Made by a program: the position numbers and the translations under genes | Notes under the pieces: model-generated | Database searches by the model: none | What the model saw: the letters and a program-made list of their open reading frames with translations, nothing else | Told to the model about the DNA's origin: nothing | Shown: one piece after another, positions 30,775-40,284 of the stretch | Numbering within the stretch: the stretch's first letter is position 1 | Layout: the number at the start of each line of letters is the position of its first letter | Source of the DNA: Ignavibacteriota bacterium | GTDB taxonomy: Bacteria; Bacteroidota; Ignavibacteria; UBA10030; CAVZMI01 | DNA length: 64,000 nucleotides | Assembly: GCA_963835935.1 (NCBI GenBank) | Contig: CAWIHK010000001.1 | Coordinates: 6,933 to 70,932, forward strand | Direction: 5' to 3'

Positions 30775-33217
30775 TTAAAACTTGATCGATAAACCGAATG
30801 AGGGAATAATCGGCCAGAGCTTAACTTCCTCTCTATAAGGAGTTCCATTACTTCCGATTCGGTAACTGTATCCCATGATGTTTTTCTTGTTGAGAACATT
30901 GCTGATATCGAGATAATAATCAACGGGAGTTCCGAACCATTGAAATTGTTTTGTAACCCGCACGTCCAGCCTGCTATAAGCGGGGAGATGGGCTGAATTC
31001 ATTTCGTTGACCTGCCATTGCCATTTTTTCGTCGATTTGTCGTAGACAGCCGTCGATGGTGTATATGCGAAACCGCTTCCGTAAGTGAATCGGGTATTGA
31101 AGCTCCACAGCTTACCAAGCGCAATATCGCCGACAAACGCAAGTGTATGCCGCTGATCGGTATAACGTGAAAATTGTATGTCACTGCCGTTGAATTTTTC
31201 TTTTGCTTCACACAAGCCATAACTCACCCAACTATAAAATCCGGGCAGCGACAACATTGCATAGACATCGACACCGCGAGCGAAACCGTTCGCATCGTTT
31301 TTCCGTGTGTAATTAACTTCACCTTCGCTCGATACCTCGGCATGGATGAGATCATCATATTTTTTATAATATCCTTCAACTTTAAAAGTCAATAACGTCT
31401 GTGCTTCGATGTCGGAAATTGCATTATATTCCACACCAGTGATATAATGAATTGCGTGTTGAGCTTTCGTATTCGTGTCAGAAGCTACCGAATAAGCTAA
31501 TTGACTTGGAATAGGAAATTGATAATAATGCCCCCATGAACTCCTAAGCGTCAGAGCGGGTGTTAATTTATACGACATACTCAGCCGGGGGCTCCAAACA
31601 GTCTGGCGATCTAATTCAAAATAATCAACACGTCCGCCGAGGTTCACAAGTAATTCATCAGTGATTTGTACCGCGTTCTCAATAAATCCGGCCACTTTGT
31701 GCGTCGTCGTGTGAATGCTGCTGAACTCCTGGTCGACTTGATTCTCATACCGGCTGGTGGTTGTGGTATCCGGATACTTGGATGTATTCTGCATTTCCGT
31801 GATGAGACGGTAATCGTTAAGATCCTGATCGTATCTGATGTTCTGATAACTGGCGCCGGTTTTTATTGCATAACCGGAGATTACCTGAATATCGGTTTGA
31901 AGTAAACCCTCAAGAGTTCTTATTTTGAGTACATTATCCCTCAGCCAGCTTTGATTGTAATTATAAAAGAACGAAGTATCCCTTACGATATCCTGATGAA
32001 AATTAGATGCCGAGGAGTAATTCTCCATGTCTCGCTGGTCGTAAAGGGAAATCTCGGTTTTCAGAACAAGCGATGGAGAAACAATGTTCACATTCTGCAA
32101 TGCGACCATGCTGCTATAATATTGAGCGCGATCATCTTGCGTGTCCTCCGTGAGGTTCGTCAAATACAAAGGTTTATTACGAAATTGATTTGTGTAATGG
32201 TACGGACCGTTATATGTTGGATCGGGTTCTTCGGTGAAGTTGTCTCCGGCATGGATAAATTTGAACATCATTTTATCACTTGAAGAAAGCGAATAGGACA
32301 AAACTCCTTGAACATCATAGAATGAGGGTTTGATATTCTGGGGATAAGCCGATCATTTTCATCGCATATTGAAAATAACTTCTTCGGACACCAAGAATAA
32401 ACGTTCCATCTTTTCCCAGCGGCCCTTCTATCAATCCGTCAACATCGGTAACACTCACACCGACAGATCCTTTTATCCGTTCTTTTGATCCTTCCCGATA
32501 ATCCATACTAACAACGGAACTTAATTTGTCTCCGTAACGGGCAGGGAATCCACCGGTAATCATATCGATCTTTTTAATCAAATCAACATTAAAAATTCCC
32601 ATACTCGCATTTGATGCTTCTTTGAGATGATACGGTTCGTAAACCTGCGTACCGTTCACAAGAACAAGGTTTTCATCCTGGTTCCCTCCCCTGACATTGA
32701 ACTTGGCACTGAATTCATTATTTGCCGAAACACCCGGAAGCATTTGAATCGAACGCAATACATCAGGCATAACAGTCGACGTTTGAGTAATTTTTTCGCT
32801 CTGCAATGTCAAAGCGTTGATCTCGGACGAGGCAGCCGAATCTCCCATCGCGCTTGCATAGACCGTGACATTCTGAAGAACTACATCGGTTGTATAAAGC
32901 TTTACAACTAACGAAATATTTTTGTCTTCGATGTTCAACGGAACAATTTCTGTTTTATAACCCACAAAACTGCATCGTAAAGAATATTTCCCCGCGGGGA
33001 GTTGTAATTGGAAATTTCCATTTTCATCGGCGATGACTCCCTGCCGCGTTCCCATCACTGCGATGGTTGCGTATGGAAGGACATCGTTCGTGGAAGCATC
33101 ACGTACAACACCTTTAAGACTGAGCGTCTGATCTGCAACTCCGCCATATAATTGTGTGAAGAAAAATAGAATTAATAAAATACATTTCGCCGTTATGAAA
33201 TAGTAATTTTTTGACAT
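30775..33217 (-). pseudogene. TonB-dependent receptor split by a one-base frameshift (ORFs 32315-33217 and 30775-32301)
   Basis: Carboxypeptidase-reg-like and plug domains (VRGGNQDENLVLVNG, GGFPARYG) in the first ORF; beta-barrel ending in F in the second; removing one base near 32330-32343 restores ...PSFYDVQGVLSYSLS. Confidence 0.85.
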
Positions 33218-33418
33218 TGATATTCCTGCCCATTGTTCTTATTAAAAACGATACACTGATTGTTTTGCTCTTGTTACGTTGGCGACCTTAAATTAGATCG
33301 GGATGAAACAGGGAACAGCTATGATCCATTTCCATACGTACATTGATATAAAATACGTAATTTATATCAAAAAAGTTACAAAAATCGTCCGGCGTGATCT
33401 TCCTTTTCAAAGAATATA

Positions 33419-35689
33419 CTATTCAGAATGTCGGGTAAACCATTCGCACAACTCGATTCGTTTTTCTATATGATTCTTCTCTGCAATTTGATCTGTGTAG
33501 TTAAGTGCATTCCAGTAATGATACATCGCATGTTGATACTCGCCATGTGTGAATAACAATTCTGCTGCAATCATGTGGAATGAATAATTCAATGTAGGGA
33601 AAGGAAGTGAACAAGGTGTATTTTGGATTTGATTCCATAATGTACTCGAATGATTTTCCGCGGTGTTTAATCGCATCAGAAGATAAAAAAGAAAATCCTT
33701 CGGCATTGTTGTAGAAGAATTCAACATATTTTCAATAATATTTTTTCGCGATGAATCGTCTTCAGCTTGGTAATATTTTCTCATGAAGAATGCTTCCGGA
33801 TCGTACAATAGCCACGTTAATCGGATTGATGCTGCTTCATCATAATATCTTGAAAAATGATGGCCGAACACTTCAGAGTAAATGAACTTTGCATTGAGAC
33901 AATCGCCTTTGAAACAGAGAGCGTCGGCATAGATAAGCATCAGCGCCGGCGGCAGAGATTCTTTTTTCTCTCTCACAAGCGGAGCGACCAGCGCCGCCAC
34001 GCTATCATACTGCTGCATTCGAAAGTATGTTTGTGCAATCCTGATTAAAGCATCTTCACTCTCGGTTTGTTTATAGGCTTCCCCGAATTTTTCGAGTGCG
34101 AGGTCGTACCGTTTGTCATTAAAAAATCGCATCGCCTTGGTCATCAACTCAGCCGCCGTACGCGCACAAACGATGCGATGTAGCGGTTTCCGGTGAAACA
34201 TCAATCTCATGTGAGATTCATCTCCATCGGAAATATTTATCGTTTGAATATATTCTTCCCATTCCTGAATGATACTTTCTTCGCTTCTATAATATGCATG
34301 CTCAAAACTTCCGGTGCGATACAATTCTTTCATGCGGTCGACGCCGTATCGGTCAATCAAAAAACGGACGAAAGATCCGGCGAGAGTATAACCGACATTT
34401 GGAGAATGTGAAAAAAATCCGGTGACCGAGAGCAACTGATTCATGTCGAAAGGAATTCCAAACTCAATCATCCCGGCCGCGTATTGGTGTGATGTTCGTT
34501 CTTCATCGTTATCCGCAAAAGCAACAGCCAATCCTTCGATAAGCGCAAACCGCGGACTGATTCTTAGAACCGGCATCCCGAAATTCGCGGAGACAACATG
34601 CACTAGTTCGTGATGAAGCGCTTGCTCCCACGAATCGGCGCTGAAAAACATTTCTCTTTTCATCGGCTTTGTCACTGCCGCCACACCGGTTCCAAGCAGT
34701 ATTCGCTTTTGGGCTGAAGAAGAAAAAATATACGATTGAATTCTTTCGTCAGGCATAGTATGAAGTCTGCTGAAGATATCCATAAGATAAAATTCATGTT
34801 CGCCGGCAACCTGTTTTATTTCCTTCTCAGAAAATAATTGTGGAGAATAATAAATGTCGAAATGTTTTGTGGAATATTTCCCTCCAAGTTCTTTTTGAAC
34901 GTAGTGATAAGATGATTCAAACCCGATTTCATTCCGATAAAAATAACTGATTCCGAATATCGCCAGAAGGATCGACACCACGAGTACTTTCCGGACATCG
35001 GAATAAATAAATTTCAGTTTCCAAATTTTTCTCCAGAAAGAATTGGTAAGAATTGAATACTGAACAATTATTTGTGTGAGTATGAGAAAAAGATAAGCGC
35101 TGAGAACCGTCAGCAAACGATGATACAAAAGAACGACTGAAATCGAAACACCTTCATCATAATACACTCCGGGAATAAATCCGTACAAAATATTATACGA
35201 GAACAATGAAACGTCGTTATAAAAAAGATAGACCGGATGAAGTAAAATTATGAATACACAAAATATGAAAATTATTCTCGGATGACGAACAGTGACTTCG
35301 AGAAAAAGCGCAAATGAAACAGCCCACACCGACGACACAACCGGAATAAGAATGAAGAACATCACACCGGTCATGAAATCACAATTTCTTACAAAGAAAC
35401 TATTAACCGCCATCACGAGGATGGGAACGCCGGATACGAGACAAATTCGCATTATAATAGTGTAAAAGAAATTACGAAGTGAACGGGGTGAGTTTTTTTC
35501 ATCAAATGAAATTTGGCGGGATGCGAGTGAAATTGTATACAGCCCGGCGGCTACTACCGACACAATTCCGAAGATTGCGCTGAACTCATATCCTAAATAA
35601 TTTACAAGAGGAAATTGCGTACACAAAATACTGATTATCACATAAACAAAAATCAATCTCGTGAATGGTGCGAATCGCGGAATCTTCAT
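33419..35689 (-). CDS. Membrane protein with gluzincin-like (HExxH...E) peptidase domain and TPR-like C-terminus
   Basis: Several N-terminal TMs; HHELVHV followed by LIEGLAV. Confidence 0.7.
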   Translation of the reverse strand: MKIPRFAPFTRLIFVYVIISILCTQFPLVNYLGYEFSAIFGIVSVVAAGLYTISLASRQISFDEKNSPRSLRNFFYTIIMRICLVSGVPILVMAVNSFFVRNCDFMTGVMFFILIPVVSSVWAVSFALFLEVTVRHPRIIFIFCVFIILLHPVYLFYNDVSLFSYNILYGFIPGVYYDEGVSISVVLLYHRLLTVLSAYLFLILTQIIVQYSILTNSFWRKIWKLKFIYSDVRKVLVVSILLAIFGISYFYRNEIGFESSYHYVQKELGGKYSTKHFDIYYSPQLFSEKEIKQVAGEHEFYLMDIFSRLHTMPDERIQSYIFSSSAQKRILLGTGVAAVTKPMKREMFFSADSWEQALHHELVHVVSANFGMPVLRISPRFALIEGLAVAFADNDEERTSHQYAAGMIEFGIPFDMNQLLSVTGFFSHSPNVGYTLAGSFVRFLIDRYGVDRMKELYRTGSFEHAYYRSEESIIQEWEEYIQTINISDGDESHMRLMFHRKPLHRIVCARTAAELMTKAMRFFNDKRYDLALEKFGEAYKQTESEDALIRIAQTYFRMQQYDSVAALVAPLVREKKESLPPALMLIYADALCFKGDCLNAKFIYSEVFGHHFSRYYDEAASIRLTWLLYDPEAFFMRKYYQAEDDSSRKNIIENMLNSSTTMPKDFLFYLLMRLNTAENHSSTLWNQIQNTPCSLPFPTLNYSFHMIAAELLFTHGEYQHAMYHYWNALNYTDQIAEKNHIEKRIELCEWFTRHSE

Positions 35690-35738
35690 GTGATAATTTC
35701 ACTCGATAAAAAATTCTGGCGCTTGTCTCATCAAGAAG

Positions 35739-37001
35739 CTAATACTCTTCCCCACTTGCCCTGGAAATACGTGCGCCAAGACTTTGAAGTTTTGCTTCGA
35801 TCGATTCGTAACCGCGGTCGATATGGTACACGCGGAGTACTTCGGTTGTTCCCTCAGCCACTAATCCGGCGAGAATTAAAGAAGCCGATGCCCGCAAATC
35901 TGTCGACATGACTTTCGCTCCGACCAACCGTGCGACACCTTTTACGATGGCTGAGTTTTCTTTCACTTCAATATCAGCGCCGAGACGAACCAACTCCGGA
36001 ACATGTGCAAACCGATCGGAATAAATGGTGTCGGTAACAACACTCGAACGGTCAGCAATCGCCATTAATGCTATCCATTGCGCTTGCAGGTCGGTAGGGA
36101 ATCCGGGAAAAATTGCCGTCGTAACATCGACTGATTTTATTGTAGTCGGAGCTTCGAGTTCGATCCATGTGTCGCCGCATTGAATCGTCGCGCCTGCATC
36201 TTCGAGCCGCGCCAGCAACGCGGATAAATGCCGGGGATTGCATCGATCAATCCGGACTTTCCCTCCCGTGATCATTCCGGCAATTAAAAATGTTCCGGCT
36301 TCAATACGGTCGGGGATTGTTGTTTCGTCTGCCGGATGCAATTCGTCGACACCTTCTATTTCGAGTTTCGCAGTACCGATGCCATGAATTTTTGCTCCCA
36401 TCATATTTAAAAATTCCGCAAGCTCGGTTATTTCAGGTTCAATCGCTGCGTTCTCGATAACCGTCGTTCCCTTCGCGAGCACGGCCGCCATCATTACATT
36501 GCCGGTTGCGCCGACGCTCGAAACATCGAAAATTATTTTCGCTCCCTTCAACCGTTCCGCCTTCGCGATGATGTAGCCATGATCGAGTTCCACCTCGGCT
36601 CCGAGCCGGAGCATTCCTTCAATATGCAAATTCACCGGCCGCGGGCCCCAGGCACAACCACCGGGGAGAGAAACTTTCGCGTACCCATAACGCGAGACCA
36701 ACGGACCAAGAACATAAATTGAAGCGCGCATCTTTTTCATATATTCATAAGGAGCTTCAAACTTGCTTACGCGGAATGTATTTAAAGTGAGTGTTTCTCC
36801 CTGACGATCGGTTTCCACTCCCATCATTTCCAAAAGTTTTTGCATCGAAACAATATCCCGCAGATTCGGGGTATTATGCAATCGATATGTTCCGCTGGCA
36901 AGCAATGTTGCCGGCATCAACGCAAGCGATGCGTTTTTCGCACCGCTTATGGCAACACTGCCTTGAAGTTTTACTCCGCCGTTGATAACAAATTTATCCA
37001 C
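35739..37001 (-). CDS. murA: UDP-N-acetylglucosamine 1-carboxyvinyltransferase
   Basis: GAKNA, MRASIYVLGPL, LPGGCAWGPRP, PDRIEAGT, TDLRA; probable GTG start at 37001. Confidence 0.97.
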   Translation of the reverse strand: MDKFVINGGVKLQGSVAISGAKNASLALMPATLLASGTYRLHNTPNLRDIVSMQKLLEMMGVETDRQGETLTLNTFRVSKFEAPYEYMKKMRASIYVLGPLVSRYGYAKVSLPGGCAWGPRPVNLHIEGMLRLGAEVELDHGYIIAKAERLKGAKIIFDVSSVGATGNVMMAAVLAKGTTVIENAAIEPEITELAEFLNMMGAKIHGIGTAKLEIEGVDELHPADETTIPDRIEAGTFLIAGMITGGKVRIDRCNPRHLSALLARLEDAGATIQCGDTWIELEAPTTIKSVDVTTAIFPGFPTDLQAQWIALMAIADRSSVVTDTIYSDRFAHVPELVRLGADIEVKENSAIVKGVARLVGAKVMSTDLRASASLILAGLVAEGTTEVLRVYHIDRGYESIEAKLQSLGARISRASGEEY

Positions 37002-37069
37002 CTGATTTCTTCCCAAAATGTTTTAATGAAGTTACGAAGTTGTGTGCGGATTTGCAATTGAAAAGACTC

Positions 37070-37157
37070 ATTACTTCGGGAGTATAACTCCCTCAGAACA
37101 AGCCGATATAACAAAGACAAAGAACGTTTCGAGGGAGCTCCGCTCCCGAGGCAAATG
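37070..37157. repeat. Inverted pair of REP-like hairpins (REPIN-like)
   Basis: cttcgggagtataactccctc and gagggagctccgctcccgagg are each hairpins and are inverted relative to each other. Confidence 0.6.
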
Positions 37158-37180
37158 GAATCTCCTCATATCATTATTAA

Positions 37181-37314
37181 CGGGCTTTAGCCCTAATCAA
37201 ATTATTGAAAATGGGGTTGAAACCCCATAGTGCTTTTTATTCTCTGATCCACGAGCTAAAGCTCGTGGCAATAAAATTATTTCTACATAATTATTGCATT
37301 CTACGTAACATGAG
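37181..37314 (-). mobile_element. Partial, diverged second copy of the 6042-6244 MITE (inverted)
   Basis: Reverse complement aligns by eye with 6042-6176, including TIR (ctcatgttacgta), ccacgagctttagctcgtgg, ggggtttcaacccc, gggctaaagcccg. Confidence 0.8.
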
Positions 37315-37602
37315 TTATTAAATTGCTTGCCCATAAATTCACAGCTAAAGAATATACTTGCAGACTTGATTTCTTAAAGTCTAATCCGAAATCCAAATTC
37401 TGCAATCCGCATTCACAATGCTTGCTTTTCCCAAAATATCCTCCTACATTTTCGCAGTAATTTGTTTCATATCTATAAAGCAAAAAATATTTTCGATAGA
37501 ATGATTGTGGTTGGAATATATCCGGATGCAAATTTAAATATCGATCTTAGACCGAAACCATATAAACAGTAGTTAGGTTGCCAACAAGAGAAGGGTAACT
37601 TC

Positions 37603-38130
37603 GTGGAATATGTTAAATCGATTTTAGATGTTCTCATCAAAAATATAGAATGGTTGTTTTCTGGAGTTGGAGTTGTTTTTTTAATCTGGGTAGTCAATAA
37701 ATTATCTCTGAGCAATAGAGCACGGCTTAAGGTTCGCGTCGCAGAAACAGTTTCATTTATACAAATTGTCAATAATGATTACATTGGTCCAAATATTCCA
37801 TTGCTTGGAATAACTATAACAAATTTAGGAAAAAATACAGTATTTGTGCGTCAACCTTTAGTTTGGCTATCAAAAAAAGTTGAAGATACACATACATTTC
37901 AGTTGTTACGAGTTAACGACCATTTAAATTATCCTGTAGAACTTTCACATGGGCAAGAATTTCGCATAGAAATTAAGACTGAAGCATTATACGATCAGTT
38001 GCTCAGCAATTTAAAAGATAAAGTTTTTATAAAAATTCAAGTTGAAGATACACTTGGGCGAAAATATTATTCAAGAAAACTCACCGTGAAAAGAATTCGG
38101 GAGTTTAATCAAATTAATAATACGCGATAA
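37603..38130 (+). CDS. Gene cassette 1: hypothetical protein with N-terminal TM
   Basis: AT-rich ORF preceded by core site GTTAGGT (37572-37578) and followed by an attC. Confidence 0.8.
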   Translation: MEYVKSILDVLIKNIEWLFSGVGVVFLIWVVNKLSLSNRARLKVRVAETVSFIQIVNNDYIGPNIPLLGITITNLGKNTVFVRQPLVWLSKKVEDTHTFQLLRVNDHLNYPVELSHGQEFRIEIKTEALYDQLLSNLKDKVFIKIQVEDTLGRKYYSRKLTVKRIREFNQINNTR

Positions 38131-38137
38131 TTGACGG

Positions 38138-38285
38138 CGCTAACCAAGCGCTGAAGCTGACGGAATATGCGCGGGTGCAAAAGTCCGCGCAAAATGGTAA
38201 GGATAAAATTTAAATATGAGTTCGGCGCTAGGAAGGAACAATTTGAAGGTTTACAGTACCGCAGCTTAGCCGCCAATCGTTAGGC
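38138..38285 (+). other. attC site (intact)
   Basis: R'' CGCTAAC (38138-38144); L'' gctGaagctgAcgg (38150-38163) pairs with L' ccgcagcttagc (38259-38270) leaving two extrahelical bases; R' GTTAGGC (38279-38285). Confidence 0.88.
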
Positions 38286-38307
38286 CGCTAATCTTTGGAA
38301 TAAAACA

Positions 38308-38868
38308 ATGGAAGAATGGATCAAGTTCTATACTCCTTATTTTGCAAACGAAGATGAAGCTCATGAATTCGTAGAATGTTGTGAAAATGGGTCAGGTGCA
38401 AGTTCTGCAAAATTAATTATGCATCAAACACAACGACTCATTTCTTTATCAAAAGATGTATCAGTTCTTCGTCAGGGGTATGATGGTCTTCAATTGTTAT
38501 TTCTCATTATTTGTGCTGAGAATGTGGCTAAACTTGCGTATAATTTTAACAAGGAAAGTAGCTCACGGAAGTACGTCAAAATATTCTTTACCGAATTTCT
38601 TAGCGAAGTTGATAAGAATTGTCTTATACAAGGCGTTGTTGGATTTAATAACGAACATCTATCCCTTGAAGCAATTGTTATGGCATTTTATAAAATTCGA
38701 TGTGAAGTTGTCCACGAAGGCAAAAGCTGGGGATTTTCTTTCAGTAAGAATGGATCGCAAATGTTTAGTTTGCCAAATTTTATAGTACGTATTCAATTAA
38801 AAGAGTTACGCGACATTATTGTTAGAGGCTCTATTTGTGCAGCCAATAAATCGTTAATCGCGGCCTAA
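38308..38868 (+). CDS. Gene cassette 2: putative HEPN-superfamily protein
   Basis: Cassette ends gttaggccgc/gcggcctaac are perfect complements; protein has E-containing helix (CAENVA) and R-X4-H motif (IRCEVVHEG). Confidence 0.7.
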   Translation: MEEWIKFYTPYFANEDEAHEFVECCENGSGASSAKLIMHQTQRLISLSKDVSVLRQGYDGLQLLFLIICAENVAKLAYNFNKESSSRKYVKIFFTEFLSEVDKNCLIQGVVGFNNEHLSLEAIVMAFYKIRCEVVHEGKSWGFSFSKNGSQMFSLPNFIVRIQLKELRDIIVRGSICAANKSLIAA

Positions 38869-38899
38869 CCACTTTAAAAAGGAAAAAGTCAAGAGAAAA

Positions 38900-39186
38900 T
38901 AGATCTCCCGAGACATCATAACATGAATGATGTCGAAAATGTTCATTGAATTAATAAAGACCGATGCGTGCTGGTGCCGCATACTCTATCGAGTGGACAA
39001 CCGCTCGAACGCAATGACGTCCAAACCACTTTACGGATTTACTTCCAATTCATTCATATATCAATGAAGGAAGTTCGTCTCGGCAAAGCGAGACACTCCA
39101 GATATTAAAACGGCACAACGCCTATCTTCCCAATCCAGGCGACGATGCTCAAGGCAATCAGTTAGGCATCCGGGCTTGATAGGCGC
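38900..39186 (-). ncRNA. Predicted bridge/seek RNA of the IS1111-type element
   Basis: Guides matching target (39161-39167, 39135-39141) and donor junction (39101-39107, 39026-39033), each pair flanking hairpins and closed by stems; transcript ends are approximate. Confidence 0.85.
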
Positions 39187-40163
39187 GGCCACTGCTGTGA
39201 TTTCTGTCGACTAATCGGTTGCCCCTTGAATCCTTTATATTGTGATTTATTTTTTAAAATATAATAGACAATCTTCGCAAGTTCTTTGGCAACACAAGCG
39301 CGAGCGATGGCTTGTCCGGAACGCCTGGCACGTTTCAGATAGAAGCGTTTGTATTCTGCATAATATTGAATGGCATGAACAGCAGCATCGGAGAAAGCGA
39401 TCTTAAGATATTTATTGCCGTCTTTACTTGAGCGATGATGCATAGAGCGATTGGAGTTATCGGCTGCGGGCACGAGACGGCAATAGGAGACAAAATGTTT
39501 ATCTGAATCGAAGCGTTCGATGCCGTCGATTTCGAGATAGATGGTAAATGCCGAGAGTTTGCCGATGCCGGGAATGTAGAGAAGTCGTTGGATATCGTCG
39601 TTGGGAATCAGGACCGGATGGAGAGATTTTTCGAGTGCAAGGATCTGCTCGGCGAGTGTATCGCGCGTATGTTCTAAGACAGCGAGTTGGAAACGATACG
39701 GATCAGGCACAGAGCCGTTAAACTTTGCATGAATGCTTTTGAGTCGTCGTAGTGTGTCGGAATGTTGCTGGACAAGGCGTAAACGAATGCGCATGGTATC
39801 GCGCAGACCTCGCAATTCACGGCTGATTTTGTGAGCGCGTGGAATAAGATTCTGTCGTAAAAGTATGGCGAGGGTTTGCGAATCAACTTTATCTGTTTTA
39901 ACTTTAGCATAACTGATGGCTTTGAGATATTTGGCATGAGCAAGAACGAGTTCGATACCGTGATCGCTGAGAAGATCGTTGAGCCAGTACCAACCTGTTG
40001 TAGATTCGACGACAGCTTGATGAGAGCCGGGCAAGGACTGGAAATAATCGAGCACACAATGATCGATATTTTCAATGCGTTGTTGTTTGACGACAGTACC
40101 GTTATCATCAACGGTTGTGATATACGAGTTATCAGAATGCAGATCGATACCTGAGTAATACAT
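39162..40163 (-). CDS. IS110-family DEDD transposase/recombinase (333 aa)
   Basis: GIDLH, VVEST, KTDKVD (D-E-D-D), IPGIGKLSA, YCRLVP...DNS, GNKYLK; ATG at 40163 with AAGGAG RBS. Confidence 0.95.
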   Translation of the reverse strand: MYYSGIDLHSDNSYITTVDDNGTVVKQQRIENIDHCVLDYFQSLPGSHQAVVESTTGWYWLNDLLSDHGIELVLAHAKYLKAISYAKVKTDKVDSQTLAILLRQNLIPRAHKISRELRGLRDTMRIRLRLVQQHSDTLRRLKSIHAKFNGSVPDPYRFQLAVLEHTRDTLAEQILALEKSLHPVLIPNDDIQRLLYIPGIGKLSAFTIYLEIDGIERFDSDKHFVSYCRLVPAADNSNRSMHHRSSKDGNKYLKIAFSDAAVHAIQYYAEYKRFYLKRARRSGQAIARACVAKELAKIVYYILKNKSQYKGFKGQPISRQKSQQWPRLSSPDA

Positions 40164-40284
40164 GGGAATCTCCTTTTGCGCCTGAGGCGCATCAGCCTTT
40201 GGCTGAGATCGTGAATGTTGTTTACTTCGACAATGAGCAATGTACATAATCGGGAGATTCCTTTTTGATAATATCCAGGCGCTC

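Larger units (their letters stand above)
38872..40274 (-). mobile_element. IS110-family insertion sequence, IS1111 type, inserted in attC
   Basis: CCA core at both junctions (38869-38871, 40275-40277); sub-terminal IRs aaaaaggaa (38876-38884)/ttccttttt (40258-40266); additional IR atctcccga/tcgggagat; long non-coding region downstream of the transposase. Confidence 0.92.

Noticed and set aside
39147-39153. gctcaag as a fifth guide matching the reconstructed attC (gctcaag)
   Set aside because: It falls in the hairpin between the two target guides and partly forms that stem; not separable from chance without homologues.
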